From the NCBI RefSeq assembly GCF_021028975.2, contig NC_059426.1, positions 105,896,001-105,960,000 on the forward strand: 64,000 bases of DNA. The letters run 5' to 3'. Both the position numbers and the translations under genes were made by a program. Shown here piece after piece: positions 49,657 through 62,149 of the stretch (position 1 is the first letter of the stretch; every line of letters begins with the position of its first letter). Origin of the DNA: Sphaerodactylus townsendi (lineage: Eukaryota). Below the pieces are notes generated by a model. It did not search any database. It was not told the origin of the DNA and worked only from the letters and a program-made list of their open reading frames with translations.

Positions 49657-50270
49657 AGCGGAAGCACACTGGGGCAAAAAAAATCTTGTCCTGATGCACT
49701 TCCTCCCTGAGGCACACGGAGAGAGGAAGCGCGCCAGGGCAAGATTTCTTGTCCCAAAGTGCTTCCTCTTGCTCCACCTTTGCTTCTCGCTTTCCCCACG
49801 AAAAGTGAGAGTACTTCTGGCGTGACTTTTGCGCTAGAGCGGGGCAAGGGCAGGGAAGAGCTGGCCATGGATGATAGCAGAAAAGAATGGTGGTATCAGT
49901 GTCTGCTATAATGCTAAAACGGAGGCATTGCTATCATTTTGTGATAGACAAAGATGGCATGCTGTCATCTCCTTAGAGTTGGATTGCGGGGGGGGGGGGG
50001 GGGGGCTTTTTTTTTCTCTATTGAGAAAAATATAGCTATTCTGATGCTGTACCAGAATTTGAATTGCACTAGCAACCAGGGCTTAGTTGAAAATGTCATT
50101 AAAATATTGAAATGAAAAACAGTATTACAAATACTGACTATATTTTTGAACCATTAGGAACACACCTTGGACTTACCTTGAGAAACAGATGCCTATTTCA
50201 ATTTGCTTGTCTTTTGCAGAACTGACAAATTGCCTCCCTTCTACTTACTACCATGGTGAGATAATCCATG

Positions 50271-50585
50271 AGAACATAAGAACATAAGAACAAGCCTGCT
50301 GGCTCAGACCGGACTCCATCTAGTCCAGCACTCTGCTACTCACAGTGGCCCACCAGATGCCTTTGGAATCTCACATGCAGGATGTGAAAGCAATGGCCTT
50401 CTGCTGCTGTTGCTCCCAAGCACCTGGTCTGCTAAGGCATTTGCAATTTCAGATTAATGAGGATCAAGATTGTGGCAACATATTCCAAACACCAATCACG
50501 TGGTGCATGAAGAAATGTTTCCTTTTATTAGTCCTAATTCTTCCCCCCAGCATTTTCAATGTATGCCCCCTGGTTTTAGTATTAT
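50271..50585 (-). mobile_element. CR1 3' end (older relative of the young pair) with an ~80-bp internal deletion
   Basis: agaacataagaacataagaacaagcc tail; colinear with 24140-24535 except for the junction caagattg|tggca. Confidence 0.88.
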
Positions 50586-51269
50586 TTTTTTGGCATATGT
50601 AAAACTCAGTAGGGCCAGGCTAACTATCAAATTTTTACTATTTACTACATATTATTATTTACTCCTTAGAGCTCAGGGTGGCATACATGGTACTTCCCTA
50701 CTCTGCAGATCATCAACAACCCCTGCCCCCAAATGTGCTATGTGCAGTCATTGGGGAATGCAGAATGCAGTATGGAATATTATCTGAGAATTTATGTGTA
50801 GGCAGCAAGTGCCTTAATGGCAAACCACCATGTCATTATTATCAGATTAAGAAAGGGTTTGAACAGCTACCACAAATAAGTGGGTGACATTCTAGAACAC
50901 CACACAATATTTTTTCCAGCACTTTGCCATGTGGCAAATATTATGTCTAGAAGCCAACTATAATCATGACTACCATGAAAAGTCATTATTTCGTTGGAGT
51001 ACCTAAGCCTAGCTAAATATGGGTATTAGTAATCTATCCATCTCTGTAAAATGGTCCATAGGTTGTTCTGCTAGCTTCATATGGAGAATCACTATACACT
51101 GCCCAATAATGACTTTTAGTTTTTTCCCTTGTGCTGAAAAAGAGAGAGTCAACACTTCACTTTTACACATGCAATTATTGTACACCTCTTGCATTTGAGA
51201 TGACATATTATGTTCTTTCAATTATATCATGCCCTATTTGCATATCATATTCATTTAGGACACGTTTAG

Positions 51270-51960
51270 CCTGTTTTTCTCCAACACTAAACTCAAGGTG
51301 AGTTCACTGATAATAAAAACAATATACAATTAAGAAATCACGAAAACTTAACAAACGTATGCACTTGAAAATTCAGTGGCAGCGTCAAAAGCCTGCCTAA
51401 ATAATTCCACCTCGCCCAGCTTATAGAGTCTCAACAAAGTGGAAGTGTTTCTAAGAACTATTTGTTGTTTTTCTGAGCTGTGTGGCCAGGGTCTGGTAGT
51501 TTTTGCTCCCAACGTTTTGCTCGCATCTATGTCTGGCAACTTCATAGGTATGTCATGACAAGATGTGTTTCTAAGAAAGACTATTTCATACGATAAAGGA
51601 AGTCACTGAAAAAGTTTTAGTTCAAGCAGTGATCATCCTAACTGCCCTGCAGGTGGAAATAACCAATATGTGGTGGTCAGAGGAGTAGAACTATCATATG
51701 GGGTTAATATATGAGAGGTGGTTCTGCGGATATGCAGTTCTAAGCCATGAAAGACTTTAAGAAAGCAAACAGCAGCTTGAACTGAACTGAGAAACAAACT
51801 GGCAACTAATGCAATTTTCAAAAACAGGCATTACATGTGCCAAGCAGCCAGTTCCCCCTATGAAGTTGCCAGGCTGCTTCATTTTGTACTACTTGAAACT
51901 TCTTAATTGTTTCCTTGGGTTCAAGAAGGATATCTCCTTCCAAATGAGATGTAACTGCTC
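51270..51960 (-). mobile_element. Degraded L2 3' region with a small Penelope-like insert (~51458-51565)
   Basis: Peptide ...VELFRQAF. The insert is flanked by a duplicated gtgtttctaagaa. Confidence 0.5.
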
Positions 51961-54900
51961 TGTTTTCTACCCTACCAACCTGATTCTCCAATAAAATAGC
52001 TGGGTGTAAAACCACTCCCAACTGAGTCTAGTGCCATTTCTGCACAGCACAATTATACTGGGTTGCAATCGGTATCTTGCAGTCCTGGTCTTTTTTATCT
52101 TGATTTCTCCCTTTGCATGGCTGCCCATTTCTGTGAAGGAATTGAGTGAAGAATAGGAGGAAATACTCCAGTTTGTTTTGCACAAGCCTGGGTCTTTTGT
52201 ATTTACATCACAAGCATATTTGTACATGCGCAAACTTCCCCGGTGTCCCACATTCTGATTGGCTGTTGTTTTTGGGTGGCAGCTTGAATGAACGTCTCTG
52301 CCCTGCCTTTTGAATTTGAATTGCTGGCGCTACCTGCTCTGCAGTTTTCAGGTAGAAAAATGTTTTGTGAGCCAGGAGATTCTCTGTTGAACCTATTGAA
52401 CATGGATCCGGATCCAGAGGTGGTACAGCTTCTGGGTGTGTTTGTGCAAATTTCAATATATTTCATTCACATGATATAACCCACTGGACCCTTAGTGGCT
52501 TCTATAAAGAGCTACTCATCAAATCTGAGTTGACGGGAACCATGGAAGAAACAATGCTCAAGTCTCTGAAACAAGGTCCTAAACACATGGCCCTGCATAA
52601 AAACAGCAGCTTATAGCTGAGCAGCCACATAATTCAGCTTACTATTTGCTACTGCACTATACATGTACAGTAAACTGGAACAGAGGGTTTCCCTGCATAG
52701 AGTTTCAGAAGGTTGGTTCTGCAGCACAGTGATACTGTTATTCAGACAAATACAACAGCCAGAACTGCTGAAGGGGCTTCCTCCTTGATAGCTTACTGAT
52801 TTGAAGCTATTTTACCATGTATATATTCTCCCCCAGCATGTAAAAGTGACAATAATAGCTTATTAAAATTAATGAGTCCCTTCACTTTGTTCCATTCAGC
52901 TTACTAGAAAGCCATTTGAATACATAATACACATTAAAAGGTAATTTCTCTGTTCCATGCATGGCCCTCAACAAAGAATTAGAACTATGGCTATGTAAAA
53001 AAGCATAAACTGATTTCCTAATATTTACATTAAAATTTTAAAATTAATTAATTGCACAAGCCTACAAATGTGATAAAATATATTGTGGCTGTTATTGTGT
53101 GTTTAACTTGCAATTATGTGAAGGAAAACTAATATAAATAGGCATGTACCTTTGGAGCGTCCTACAGGTTTGAAACTTGGGGCTTTTTTATTTAATGTGT
53201 TTTCAACACATAATTCCATGTTTTAAAACAAACTCTCAGTCTCTTCAGACTGGGAATTTACTTTTTACTTAAGGCTTATCATGCCACATCCTGCAATTTT
53301 TGTTGGAACCCACTGCATTTTTTTTTACAGCAGCTACATTCAGATGTCACAACACATATCTGTTCCTTATGGGTATCAAATATCCCTATGCTGTTCCCAC
53401 CTTCACACTCAGAGCGTGTGACTAAAGCCTGCCTTGTCTAGGAGATGTTAATCAAATGCAACTTTGCTGTTGTTGTGGGTTCATGGACCAACTGGAGTTT
53501 GTTTCCTCCTCAAAAACTGGGATTCAACCATGGTTTAGAACAGGGATACCCAAGTGGCCACTACCATGGAAGTATCATGGGGACAGTGAGGAATTTTGGG
53601 ATGGTAGTGGGGCAGCATAGAATTTTGGGGCAGTAGGGGGTAGCCCCTGCGTATTTAGGGTGGGGCAAGCCAGGGCATGAGCCCTGAAAGTTACTTGCTT
53701 AGGGTGCCCAGGCCACCCATTTTGCAAAGAAGGAAGCTGCTGCTACTCGGAAGGCTGGACTACCCACCATTAAGAAGCAATGGGTAGACCTGGCCTCCTC
53801 TACCCATTCTTCTTAATGGTGGGTAGACCAGCCCTCCAGAGAGCTGGTCTACCCCTGGTTAAAAGGAACAGTTAGAGCTGGCCACCAGAGAGCTGGTCTT
53901 TCAAGATGGGGAAGACCTGACGGATTGAGGGGGGTTTAAGTGCTTGCCCTGGGTGCCATTTTCTGTAGATATGCTCCAGTAAAATAGCTGGGTCTAAAAC
54001 CATCCCTCACAGGGATTTCTGGACCAGCTGGCAGGTGAAAGGTCCTTGAGTCAGAACACAGATGCTACAATCCAGATCTAGCTGCCATAGTCTTTGCAAA
54101 GTGGCCAACCCTGCCCAGAGAAGCACTGGTTTGCACTGCCACCAGGCATTACTTCTGACCGGTTTCTGTAGGGCTGGATTGGGGGGGGGGTGATGGCAAA
54201 GGCTCCCTGGCAAGTGGGGGAAGGTGAGGAGGTGGCAGCCTCCAGCCCTGCACAGCAGCCCCTGAGGTGGGCTGGCTGACTTTTTCTTACAGGAAGCTGC
54301 CCAGCCTGTGCCATTTTAGTGATGTCTGTGGGGAAGATGTGGAGCAGAAGCCGGTAGCCAGGAGAGGCAAGATACTCAGGCCAGGCTCCTGTGGTGGGTT
54401 GTAGTGATTGATTGGCTGGACTGGAATGGAATGGAGGCAGGCAGGCTTGGTGACACCCACCCACTGAGCCCTTCAGAGTCAGGCCTGTATGGCTGCCCCC
54501 CCCCTTCTGGTGCAAAAAGGGTACACTCCCTCTGGGTCGAATGCTCCCAATCCAGGCCAGGGTGTGTGTCATCTCAGTGCCATCACTACATCACCCCCAG
54601 GAATCCCCAGAAGTACTATTAGGTACTGGAAACTTTATCATAAAACAATAAGATTTCTTGAGATTTCTAGTCCTATCCTATTTCTAGTCCTATCCTAGTC
54701 ACTTCTGGGTTTTCCACTGAAATCGGGTAGCGGATGTTCATGACAGTGGAATACATCTTATTATAGTAGGAAGTATGGAAGCCCTAGAAGGCTCACAAAA
54801 ATGGCAACAAATCACGCTGGTGGCCAAAATGACTAACCTGAAGTTACATGCCAAAGTACCACATGTGGCTCCCAAATCATTGAGTACCACCAATGTAGGA

Positions 54901-57819
54901 TATTCCAACTCATTAGTCACCGATCATAAATGCTCATTTAGAATTATCCAATCCATCAAAAGCTATTGAGTAACCGTCTCCAGCTAGCTGTAGTAACATC
55001 AGTTGATGATCAATGGCCACTAGCAAGCTATTGTGTTAAATAAAATATGATGAAATATTAACTTGATCAGCCCAGCAGGATTTCCATTACCATGTATGCT
55101 ATTTTTTCTATTTTTAGAATAATGTGCAAGATCAGCCCTATAAAAATTGAATGTAGCCACTTTTTGATTTTCTATTACATAGGGACAGATCTACATTACT
55201 GCTGATTTACTTACATTTTTCAAAAGTAGAATAGACATGACTTGTTTCTGTATTTTAGCAACCTACAATGTATTTTGCTGTGATGTGGTCTAACCTAATC
55301 AGATCACATAGTACCACCCATACTCCATCTTGAGACTGTTCCCAGTTGCTAATTTTGAGTGGTTCACCCAAGCTCTACAGCTTCCCCCGCTTTTTATAGT
55401 TTTTTAACTGAAAGAGTGAAAAGTAACTACATAAAAATTTGCCCTGACTCCAAGCTTCCAATTCCAGATAAAGAGACTGAGAAGAGTTCCTTTGTGCCAC
55501 TTTCACCCTCCCCCATCTCTAAACTGTTGCAATCTACATTAGCACTGCAGCAGCCTAGCAAAAATGCAATGCAAAATTCATTGTAGCCATTGGCTAAATA
55601 GGAAAACTCCAGCAAGCTCTTCTATTTGTCCCTTTGAGATGTATAACCCTCCTCCCTTCTGTTGCCCTGGAAACCAGTCAAAGGGCATAAAAATGGCAAC
55701 AAGAGATTGTTATTTCCAGAACAATCCAGCAAAGGGGGTGTGCTTTTGCCAGCCCAGCAGAACCCAACTGGAAGCCCATCAGAGTATCAGCAAGGGTGGG
55801 TTTTACAGGTGTGTGTGTAAAAGTTTTTTTAATTTTTTATTATCTAAAACGTTTATTTGCTATCTTTCTTCCTTACAGAGCTCAAGGCAACTTGTCAGGT
55901 TGGGGAAGTGGGCACAATTGGAGATGACTGCAAGTTGCTTCAGTGTACTCAGTGGAACTGTGGGCCAAACAACCATGGCACATTGCAGGATTGGAGCCCT
56001 CTTTAGCAGCAAAAACTGTTGAAGTAGATACAGCTGGGGTGCATATTCCCACAACAGATGGGTGTCATGACATTCACCACAAGAGGAGTATCTTGACAGG
56101 CGAAATTCTCCTCCACTGGTGGGGAGCAGGGGGTGGGAAGAACAGGGCAAACCCTAGTGGAACCCAACTTACATGGCAGCAGTGGTCAGGACCACTGTGC
56201 TGCTTGTGATCAATGAAAATGTCTCTGTTCAGCTTCTGTGCAGGGAGTGATTCAACAGGAAGAAGATTTGGGTAAATGGGGCTGCCATCTCTTTGGTTAC
56301 AGCCCAGCTCCTGCAGCATCCAAACTCAGGTGACTATCCGTCTGCCAAGCCCATGCAGCTCACAGGCATACTGCAATGGAGAGGACTCATCCTACTCCGC
56401 ACCCCAGCTTTCCAGAGCAACTTGCAAAGGAACAAGGGTCATACTGGATGCCTTGTCAACTATTTCCCTGCTGCAGTTCAATAAAGTCTAAAATTATCTA
56501 CAGTTCTGCCTCTGCTGTTGAGCAGATGAGTCGTGTTCACTGGTAACTCCCTTCATATTTCTATAATATGACTGATATATTATTGGGTCTTTACTCTCTG
56601 TCCTTTGTCACTCTGTGGAGGGGACATTGAAGGATAGCAGTCAAATCTATGGATGCCACTTGTTTGTGGTACTCAGAGGAATGTCTTCAGATGCCACTGC
56701 CTGACTTTGGGTGTTGCTGCATTTGCTATGGACTCTGTGGTCTGCTTGTTGCAGAGGGATATGTGTTGTTTCTCCTCTAAAGAATGGCCATAGCTGACCA
56801 GAAGCACCACTATTATGAAGGAAACCGGCTGCCTTTGCCATTGTGTCTGGCTTCCCAACTCATATCCAAAAGCTACTATTAGGTCCTGCTGGGGGAAAAT
56901 ACTCAGGAGTTGCTACAATAAGGCAAAAAGCAGACTGGGAACGGAAAGGAAGTTATGTTGAGAAACCAATACAGAGAAGAGGAGAGAAGGAATAACCCTC
57001 TCCCCACCCCTCAATATTTTTTTCCAATTCAGAGGCCCCAGCAGAAGTTTTAAAGAAAAAAATTTTTCAGTAGTACTGAATGCAGATCTCTCACAATGGG
57101 TATAGATTGGCTTTAGCAGGGTACCATCTTCAGTACCAAATAGTTGTAATATCACATAATTAAATATTTTACAATGTCATTATATGTGAATACTGAATTA
57201 AAGTGGTATTAGTACCAAAAGGGTGTGTATGTATTCCAGTATCCTTTATTCCAGTATCCTGAGCAATTTAGAACACATATATTAAATTCGCCAGACATCC
57301 AGAACCAATCCTCTGTAATAAATCCATTAGGAATGAGGTTATAGTGCTTTTCATTCTTGTCCTATTCAAATACCACAAGATCATTCATCTTCCAAAATAC
57401 AAGTAATGGTAGTTAGAAGATTCACTAGGTCTTGCTGCTCAACCAGACTATGTGATAACACAAGAAACACACTCCTGAAACTGAATTAAAAGCACGTGTA
57501 GGCACAGGAAGGAATTTATAACTGGATAAATACAATGTGATTAAGGTGTTTAACCAATGAACACTTTCATGGCAGTAAGCCCCACTGAATAAAATGAGAC
57601 GAGCCATAGTAGACCTGCTTAGGATTGCTGTATAAGTGCTCTGAAGAACACAACACCCAAATATATATACAAGTTTTTCTCTTGACATATCACTGTTTTG
57701 TATACAACTCTTAAATGTAACATAGCTGTCCACTTAATATTTTGAATATTTATAGCCATTCCTATTCATATCTGTTTATTTTTCATGTAACATGAGCCTC
57801 TGTTTTTTCACTTTGGTCT

Positions 57820-58125
57820 TCAAAGGGGGTAGGATATGTTTAAATATTTGAAGGGATTTCATGTCGAAGAGGGAGGAAGCTTGTTTTCTGCTGCCTCAAG
57901 GACTAGGACACAGAGTAGTTGATTCAAGGTGTAGGAAAAGAGATTCCACCTAAACATTAGGGAGAACTTTCTGACTGCCTCGGAGAGTGATGGAGTCTCC
58001 TTCTTTGGAAGTGTTTAAACAGAGGCTGGATTATCATATGTCAGGAGTGCTTTGATTGTGTGTTCCTGTATGGCAGGGGTTAGATTTGATGGCCCTTGTT
58101 GTCTCTTCCAATTCTATGATTCAAG
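57820..58125 (+). mobile_element. CR1 3' end
   Basis: tttaaatatttgaaggg...agattccacctaaacattagg...tcttccaattctatgattc, ending in the ATTCTATG tail. Confidence 0.85.
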
Positions 58126-58731
58126 AAATAAATTCTTTCCTCTAGAGGCTTTCCTTTCGACATGTCAGAAGAATCTCTCCCTCTTCTCTGTTTAGAGGAG
58201 GAGTTAATTGTGATCCCCCACCTTCCCTATAATGCAGTTTCATCCACGTAGGTTTACCACATCAGCGATTTGTGAGAACAAGGCCAGCGAAACAAATGAA
58301 GCATTAGTCATGGCAAGCTTATGTCCCATTGTTTTCAATGGCACTTAGTAATACCTCAGGTGATTCAGAGTTTTAGTTTCCCTGAAACCAATGAACAACT
58401 ACTGCAACTTGTTCCAAACAACCTAAAAAGAGATAATCTCCCTGCCTCCTTGAAAAAAGCCAGGCACTTCCTTAACTACCTAGGAAGTAGTCATCAATCA
58501 GCATAGATAAATGTCATAATATGATGTCATCCTAATTACACAAATGCTGTTCTCCCTTATTTGGTGAGTTTAAGATAGTTTGTATTTTGCACATATATTG
58601 GATGTAGCATAACCTGCTACTATTACCATCCACAGTTCAAAGAAGTTTATAAGAACAGCTATGTTTCTTAACCAGCAAAAATTTCTGTGATGGGGCAAAG
58701 TGTACAAAAGCATTTTGAAAAATAGTAAAAT

Positions 58732-58794
58732 AGTTAAATAAGTCCTATAGCTCCCTCACTCAAAGTTAAATAAGTCCTATAGCTCCCTCACTCA
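58732..58794 (+). repeat. 32-bp tandem duplication
   Basis: agttaaataagtcctatagctccctcactca occurs twice. Confidence 0.9.
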
Positions 58795-59379
58795 CTCCCT
58801 CACTTATTGGATTCTAGCTGCTACTAGAATTGCTGTTTCAGGGTTCCAGTGGCTGGTGCAACAGAAGCTGTTTGTCAGATCTCTCAGGACCATGAATCAT
58901 GTGATTGTCTAAGTTAGTCCTACTGAACCTATTTTTCAGTACCCATACATTGGAGCAGGTTGCATCTCTGCAAGTTACATTTCAAGATGGAGGAAAAGCA
59001 ACCAGGACTACCAAAAAAGAAAAGAGAAAGAAACCAGATCGTTTGAAAGGCATTCCTTTTTCAGAATCCCTGCAAGTCCATTCATCGACAAGCTAGCGCC
59101 TTGCAGCTGGCTCAGACCAGAGAAAATCTGCATAGCATTACTCTGCCAAAAAGACTGTGAGGTGACTTACAGAGATAAAATGTTAAAATGCAGGTACAAC
59201 AAAACCACGCAATAAAACAAATCATCAAAGCAGAATGAAATGAACAATGAACACAAACATACCATGTCGCATATAGACCCAATATAGATAAATAAGCAGC
59301 ATCCCAAGGTCAGGGGATGCTAGATTCTGAGGGGACCCATTCCAGTAATGGCAACATTTACACATAAGCTAGCTCTTAC

Positions 59380-60247
59380 CATTAGCGTTCTTCCCGCAGA
59401 TGAGATGCTCATATGGCTGCAGTACTCCCCAAAGTTCAGCATCGTTGTTGATGACCATCTCCAGGACGTCAGCGGATACCTCAATCCCTCCAGCGCCACC
59501 GTCGGGGCTTTGACTGGCCACAACCCGGGCCCTGATCTCCTCCACGAGGTTTTCCATGCAGGACGTAAGCGAGATGGCCGCGTACTCGTGGATCCTCACC
59601 GAGATCCTGGTATCCACCATCCACCTGAAAAACCTGCCCACGGACAAGGTGAGGCCACACCGGGCCGACTTCCCTTTCCTCAGGCCGGGGCCGGCGCTCA
59701 TGCTGTACAGCGAGAGGGCCTTGACGGTGGCCAGGACGCAGCTCTCCGAAAGCGCCCAGCTCTGGATCAGCTTGATGGCGCTTTGGATCTCGAAGCGCGT
59801 GCATTTGGAGTGCATCACGCTCAGGCGTTGCGCCTCCCTGCAAATCCGGATCAGCGGTCGCCGGAGCAGCACAGATAGCCTCCTCAAGGCGTCCGGAGTG
59901 AAGTTTTTCTGGCTCCCGCCCTTCCCTTTCCTCAGGATCTTCCCGATGTCTTCGTCGGTCCAAGGGAATTCCTCCAGCTCCGGCAGTTTCGCACATTTGG
60001 CAAAGATGTCCGCAACTTCGGGATCCTCCGGCAGGACAGTGTTCACCGTATCCCAGCTGTTGTTGCGACTGTTCATGGAGCCCGAGTAGTACCACCAGTT
60101 GCCTCTATGCTGGGAGGACGTGAAGGCTTGGGAGTTGGACTTGCACGAAGAGAGGCTAAGGGACCGGCAGGAGTCCCCTGCCCCATACCCGGAGTCCAAG
60201 GTTAAGTCTTCCAGGGTCTTCAGAGTAGAGCTGTGTATCCCAGCCAT
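59380..60247 (-). CDS. ABTB2: ABTB2 (ankyrin repeat and BTB domain-containing protein 2), first coding exon; N-terminal histone-fold region
   Basis: The translation [34 protein letters not shown]...[31 protein letters not shown]...[24 protein letters not shown] closely matches the vertebrate ABTB2 N-terminus as I recall it. The ATG is at 60247. The exon ends AAT G|GTAAG (donor GT at 59379-59378), giving 868 nt, phase 1. Confidence 0.93.
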
Positions 60248-61000
60248 AGGAAAGAACGGGGATCCCCCTCCCCGCAAAGGCGCAGGACGCAAAGGCGATC
60301 TGGCTCTCTCCAAAGAAGCCAGAGTGAAAAGGGGTGCTTTCCCCGAAACCTACACCCCCCCTCCCCCCGGTCCTTACAGCCCTGTTAGCTTCCTTCCTTC
60401 CCCAGAAGCCGTCAGGTTCTTCTGGGTGCCAGCTGTCTCCATTCCACAGTCAGGGTGAGATCATTTAATTTCCGCCTTGAGCAAGGATGGAAAGAAAATG
60501 CTGGGGCCAGGAGCTGAAGCAAAGGGGGATCTGCAGGAGAGCTCGAAGCTCAGGCAAGCAGGAAAGGTTATTCCCAAAAGGATCGGCGAAGCCGGGCAGC
60601 TTAGAGGGAACGCGGGCCAGGGACCAACTGGGACTTCACCTCTGCAGGAGCCCCGCAGCAGGACAAGGCGCTGGCGCGGAGGCTCCCCGGGCAGCTGATG
60701 CGAGCCGGCGCTTCCCTCCAGACACTTGCCGACGCTCCAAGCCAACTTCTCTTTGGCCGCTCCGTGGGCACCCCGACCGCAGGCGGCATGCAAATGACCT
60801 GCGGGCGAATGCACCAATCGACGGCCACCCTCCGGATGAGGGGTTGGACCTGCCACTAAAATTCGAGCTAGGCGGCCCGTGTGTAAATTACACGCCGCTG
60901 ATTGGTCGAGCGAGAAAGACGCTCGGGGCGGAACCAAAACAAGCCTCTTGCGAAGAGGAGAAGAAAGACGGGAGAAGAGGCCCTTTGATCTTGGAGGTGC
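60248..61000 (-). promoter_or_regulatory. CpG-island promoter / 5' UTR of ABTB2
   Basis: CpG-rich from about 59400 to 61000. CCAAT boxes at about 60814 and 60901 (ATTGG), GC box GGGGCGG at about 60925, and octamer ATGCAAAT at 60788-60795 overlapping TGACCT. The TSS cannot be determined from sequence. Confidence 0.7.
60374..60442 (-). promoter_or_regulatory. Putative upstream ORF (22 aa, METAGTQKNLTASGEGRKLTGL) in the ABTB2 5' leader
   Basis: ATG at 60442 in context GGAATGG (purine at -3, G at +4); TAA at 60376-60374. It counts as a uORF only if the TSS lies upstream. Confidence 0.45.
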
Positions 61001-62149
61001 AAGAAAGGTGCGATCATCATGTCTGGCTTGCCCATAGGAAAGGTAATGTAGCTACTTGCTAGTGTAAGCACTGAGTATGCTTCCTCCGGGACCTGAACAT
61101 TGCAGGGCCCTATTGGTTGGGCCTTCAACATGCGTTAGTCAGAAGAGATCAGTGAAGGCCGGGCGTGGGTTTAGAATTCCAGCTCTGCACGTTTACTTGG
61201 GAGTTGGTGTGCGCCATTGATTTCACGGGTTTGCTTCTGAGGAAGGCTCGGTGAAATCAATTATTGCATCAAATGGAGCTTTGTGTTGCTTGTTCACATA
61301 CCTGCATAATCAGTTGCAGCATTTGCCAGAATGTATACTCGGCTGTTTGTCTTTTCATGAATGTTATTCTACAGGAAAATATTCAGAGTGCTTTTTCTTT
61401 AATTTGCCTGAGGCTGTTTTCTCATGAAAGTGCTTTTATGCTTCTCTTACTCTCATTGGGATCCATGGCACAGCCTCACAATATTGCTGCAATGTCGGGT
61501 GCAGAGAGTAAGTAGCACAAGGGGAGAAGTCATTGCTATATCACAACGACTTACTGAGTGTCTGCAGTACTTCAAGGAAAGCCAGAGCCTTGCGGAGCTC
61601 TTCCAAGTGAGCTCTGAGCCCTGCAAGACTTTCTTCAATTCCACAGAGTAAAACAGCTTTTCAACAAGGCCTATGGTTGAGGACAGCAACAGGTTTCCAA
61701 CTGGACTGACCTCCTTTCCCCTGCCCCTTTTTCTTTAATTTTTGTTAGGATTGACTAAGTCTATTATCTCTGTTACTCCTCCCCAGCTGATTCCCACCTT
61801 TTAGTTATGGTGTAAAAATACTGCGGCGTGTGATAAGGTTGATTTTATTGTTATATTTTATAATGTTGGGAGCTGTCCTAAGCCAGCTGATGGTGAAGGG
61901 TGGCCTTTGAAGTAAATCAAATTCTGCCAGTTGTTCAGGTGAAATGTTGAACAGAAGAGAGACTGAATGTTGTAAATTTTACAGGTTGATCTGTGAGAAA
62001 AGCCTCAGGTGTAAACCCCCCCCCCCCCCCCCGGAGCTTGATAGTCTAAAATGTATTGCTTACAATTCCTGCAATTGTAAGGTAATGGGCAGAAAGCAGC
62101 TACTTTATGTGTGAGGCATACATTGTTTTGGGGATTCATGTAGCTCATT

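Larger units (their letters stand above)
1..59379 (-). other. ABTB2: ABTB2 intron 1 (partial, continues beyond the window's left edge)
   Basis: Follows a canonical GTAAG donor. No downstream ABTB2-like peptide appears in the ORF track, and the region is repeat-dominated. Mammalian ABTB2 has a very long first intron. Confidence 0.7.

Noticed and set aside
53640-53980. Additional hAT element with internal ggtagacc/ggtctacc repeats
   Set aside because: Probably a transposon remnant, but the termini are too degraded to define a TIR or TSD.
60170-60200. DSGYGA as a beta-TrCP phosphodegron
   Set aside because: Lacks the second Ser of the DSGxxS consensus at the canonical spacing.
60248-60313. N-terminal extension [12 protein letters not shown]... 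in the ORF track
   Set aside because: It starts at a non-ATG codon, and similarity to ABTB2 begins at the ATG at 60247.
59348-61062. Antisense and alternate-frame ORFs of 119-204 aa overlapping ABTB2 exon 1 and the promoter
   Set aside because: Shadow ORFs of GC-rich coding and CpG-island sequence.
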